From positions 1 through 36,844 of the forward strand of contig JAAPAO010000357.1 of NCBI GenBank assembly GCA_013115145.1: a stretch of DNA of 36,844 nucleotides. Direction: 5' to 3'. The stretch is from Perkinsus chesapeaki ATCC PRA-425 (lineage: Eukaryota; Protista; Perkinsozoa). The translations under genes and the position numbers were made by a program. This document shows positions 35,261-36,844 of this stretch, piece by piece. The first letter of the stretch is position 1; every line of letters begins with the position of its first letter. The notes beneath the pieces are model-generated. The model searched no databases. It was not told the origin of the DNA and saw only the letters and a program-made list of their open reading frames with translations.

Positions 35261-36707
35261 TTAGAAACCCCATTGGACGTATTCGATACCTTGATCAAGC
35301 AGATCTTTGATGATGGCATCTTGGCGAGCCTTGTGGTCAACTAAAAGATATTTTAAAGGTCAGAGTGATGCCCTCTATAATTACACCCTTTGATTTTCTT
35401 TACGATTTTTCCATGCCATTCGATCGCAACCCACTTGACTCTCCCCCTCAAGACGCCCGAGTCCAGCAGGTGCCTTACGACTGTATACCTAAAAACGCCG
35501 CTTAGGGGGATTGAACCCACGACCTTCCCCTCCATAAACCAGCACTACTCCGCTCCCTCTATGTCGACCTTCAGAAACACCGTCTGACGATAACCTTCTA
35601 GAATAACCCTTTTGATCCATTCGACGAAGTCAATAACGCAGCCGTCGGTCTTCCATTCACCTACGAGAGACGGCTACTACGCAAAAGTGTAACTACTGAC
35701 GGCCCATCAGACGATAAGACCAAAGTAGATGCCACTCAGGTAGAACTAGAACTAATCCAACAATGAACAAAGTACCACTACTGACATACAATAATTTGAG
35801 ATCAAGTACATTTAACTGGTTGAATTAGTTCATCCGTCCCTAGTGAAACTGACCTTGTTTTTTCTCCATAGATATCCTATCATACAAGCTAGTACCAACA
35901 GACTTATCCTTTCTGGCATTCACATCTTTTCTATCACTTCTATCACGCACAGTAATGTCATAAAAGTACCTACACCGAAAAGTAGGAGTTAGATTTACCA
36001 ATTGCATCTATGATTTCTAAGGAAAGATATTATAAATCGGGTCCTATTGAACCGCCAGCGATATTAAGCCATATAGGTCAACACGAGGATGCCAGCACTA
36101 CTATAAAGTAAAATAGTAAAATTATTGTTCCAATATACCGCCTTATAGTAAGAAAATCTACACAGTGCGATCGCTTATAAGATTCTCCCCTCACCCGACG
36201 GTCTTGGTAGCATTCCAAGCTCCGGCTAGGACGACATCGCAACGAGCAAGTTGGGCAAAAGAGTCACATCTGGCTTGGAGGTCGTCCTTCCATAAAGGGT
36301 TGAGCTCGAAAAGATACGCCTCCCACTCGTTAAGCTTAAGATCTTTCTGAGGTTAACTTGGCAATCCCTTGCTGAAAAGATATAATCACCTCGCCGAGTT
36401 TGTTGGCGGAAAACTCCTCGAAGAAATATTTAAGAGATGATCCATCGTTGGCGCCAAGGTCTATGTAAACCTTCCGGCCACGTGAGCTCACGGAATCCGC
36501 TGTAGGGCCGATCAAGGCACGGGAGCTACACTCGTCTAGAGCATCTTGAGGTTGATTCGCGTAAGATACAAAATAGGTCGAGTTCAGAGAGAAAGTTTTG
36601 AGGTAAGTGAAGTCTGGTCGGTGATAATTCCATACAATGCAGATGCATCCAATGACCCCCAGAACTATCGTCAAGGGGCTCACAAATGTCGAAGGTCCGT
36701 TGGACAT
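35261..36707 (-). CDS. FkbM-family SAM-dependent methyltransferase with N-terminal membrane anchor, multi-exon
   Basis: KVYIDLGANDG (motif I) and FLKVDIEGAE|Y...AIEWH; the N-terminus is hydrophobic (IVLGVIGCICIVW). Confidence 0.8.
35496..35527 (-). other. tRNA 3'-half sequence inside FkbM intron 35489-35548 (sense)
   Basis: GA AGGTC GTGGG TTCAATC CCCCT AAGCGGC G followed by T5 and the AG acceptor. Confidence 0.75.
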
Positions 36708-36844
36708 GTCAATTAAAAAACCGTCAACTTTCACGATTCACTTCGACTACGGCGCACATTTGCTTCGCTCCTGCTGTTGATCGCCGGTTCCCCCTTCCCC
36801 GCTAACTCCTGGAACACTAGAACTTGTAGACATTACGAAACAGT

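Larger units (their letters stand above)
12911..36771. repeat. Dispersed motif GCGGAGCGAAGC (8 copies counted, 6 in predicted introns)
   Basis: Exact CGGAGCGAAGC at 17472, 21864 (rc), 33391 and 35240 (rc); variants at 12911, 20064, 30870 and 36762. Confidence 0.8.

Noticed and set aside
12413-35548. Functional intact or intron-containing tRNA genes at the T-arm matches
   Set aside because: Upstream sequence is host exon, with no D-arm or complementary 5' acceptor strand; T-stems are mismatched.
1-36844. Spliced-leader RNA gene or relics, CRISPR array, rRNA
   Set aside because: I saw no match to the Perkinsus-type SL 3' end (GGCTCAAG), no repeat-spacer array and no rRNA-like sequence.
1-36844. 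LicD, GALNT and FkbM as a glycan-modification cluster
   Set aside because: They are separated by many unrelated housekeeping genes; co-location is not informative.

Overview
Gene-dense eukaryotic window with mostly 40-60 nt GT-AG introns; gene content is most consistent with a Perkinsus-like myzozoan alveolate (inference, no database search). Genes I could reconstruct by manual splicing: two convergent LicD-family paralogs, a secreted Cys-rich protein fused to a metal-ligand-depleted Cu/Zn-SOD domain, Vps16, a short Vti1-like SNARE, a ppGalNAc-T (GT27), a Sec16-C-terminus-like protein, an ARM-repeat protein, a TRF4/PAPD5-like polymerase, several membrane proteins, a QCR11-like subunit, a HEI10-like RING protein and an FkbM methyltransferase. 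The most striking unexplained structure is in the introns. Five 47-60 nt introns in four unrelated genes, plus one intron-like element, consist mostly of a tRNA 3' half with canonical spacing (variable loop, T-arm/B-box, acceptor strand, discriminator, no CCA). They resemble different isotypes and occur in both orientations. Two further motifs recur in introns of unrelated genes in both orientations: GAATTTYGTGGCGC(A)GTGA (tRNA A-box-like) and GCGGAGCGAAGC. All exon boundaries are manual inferences without RNA evidence.
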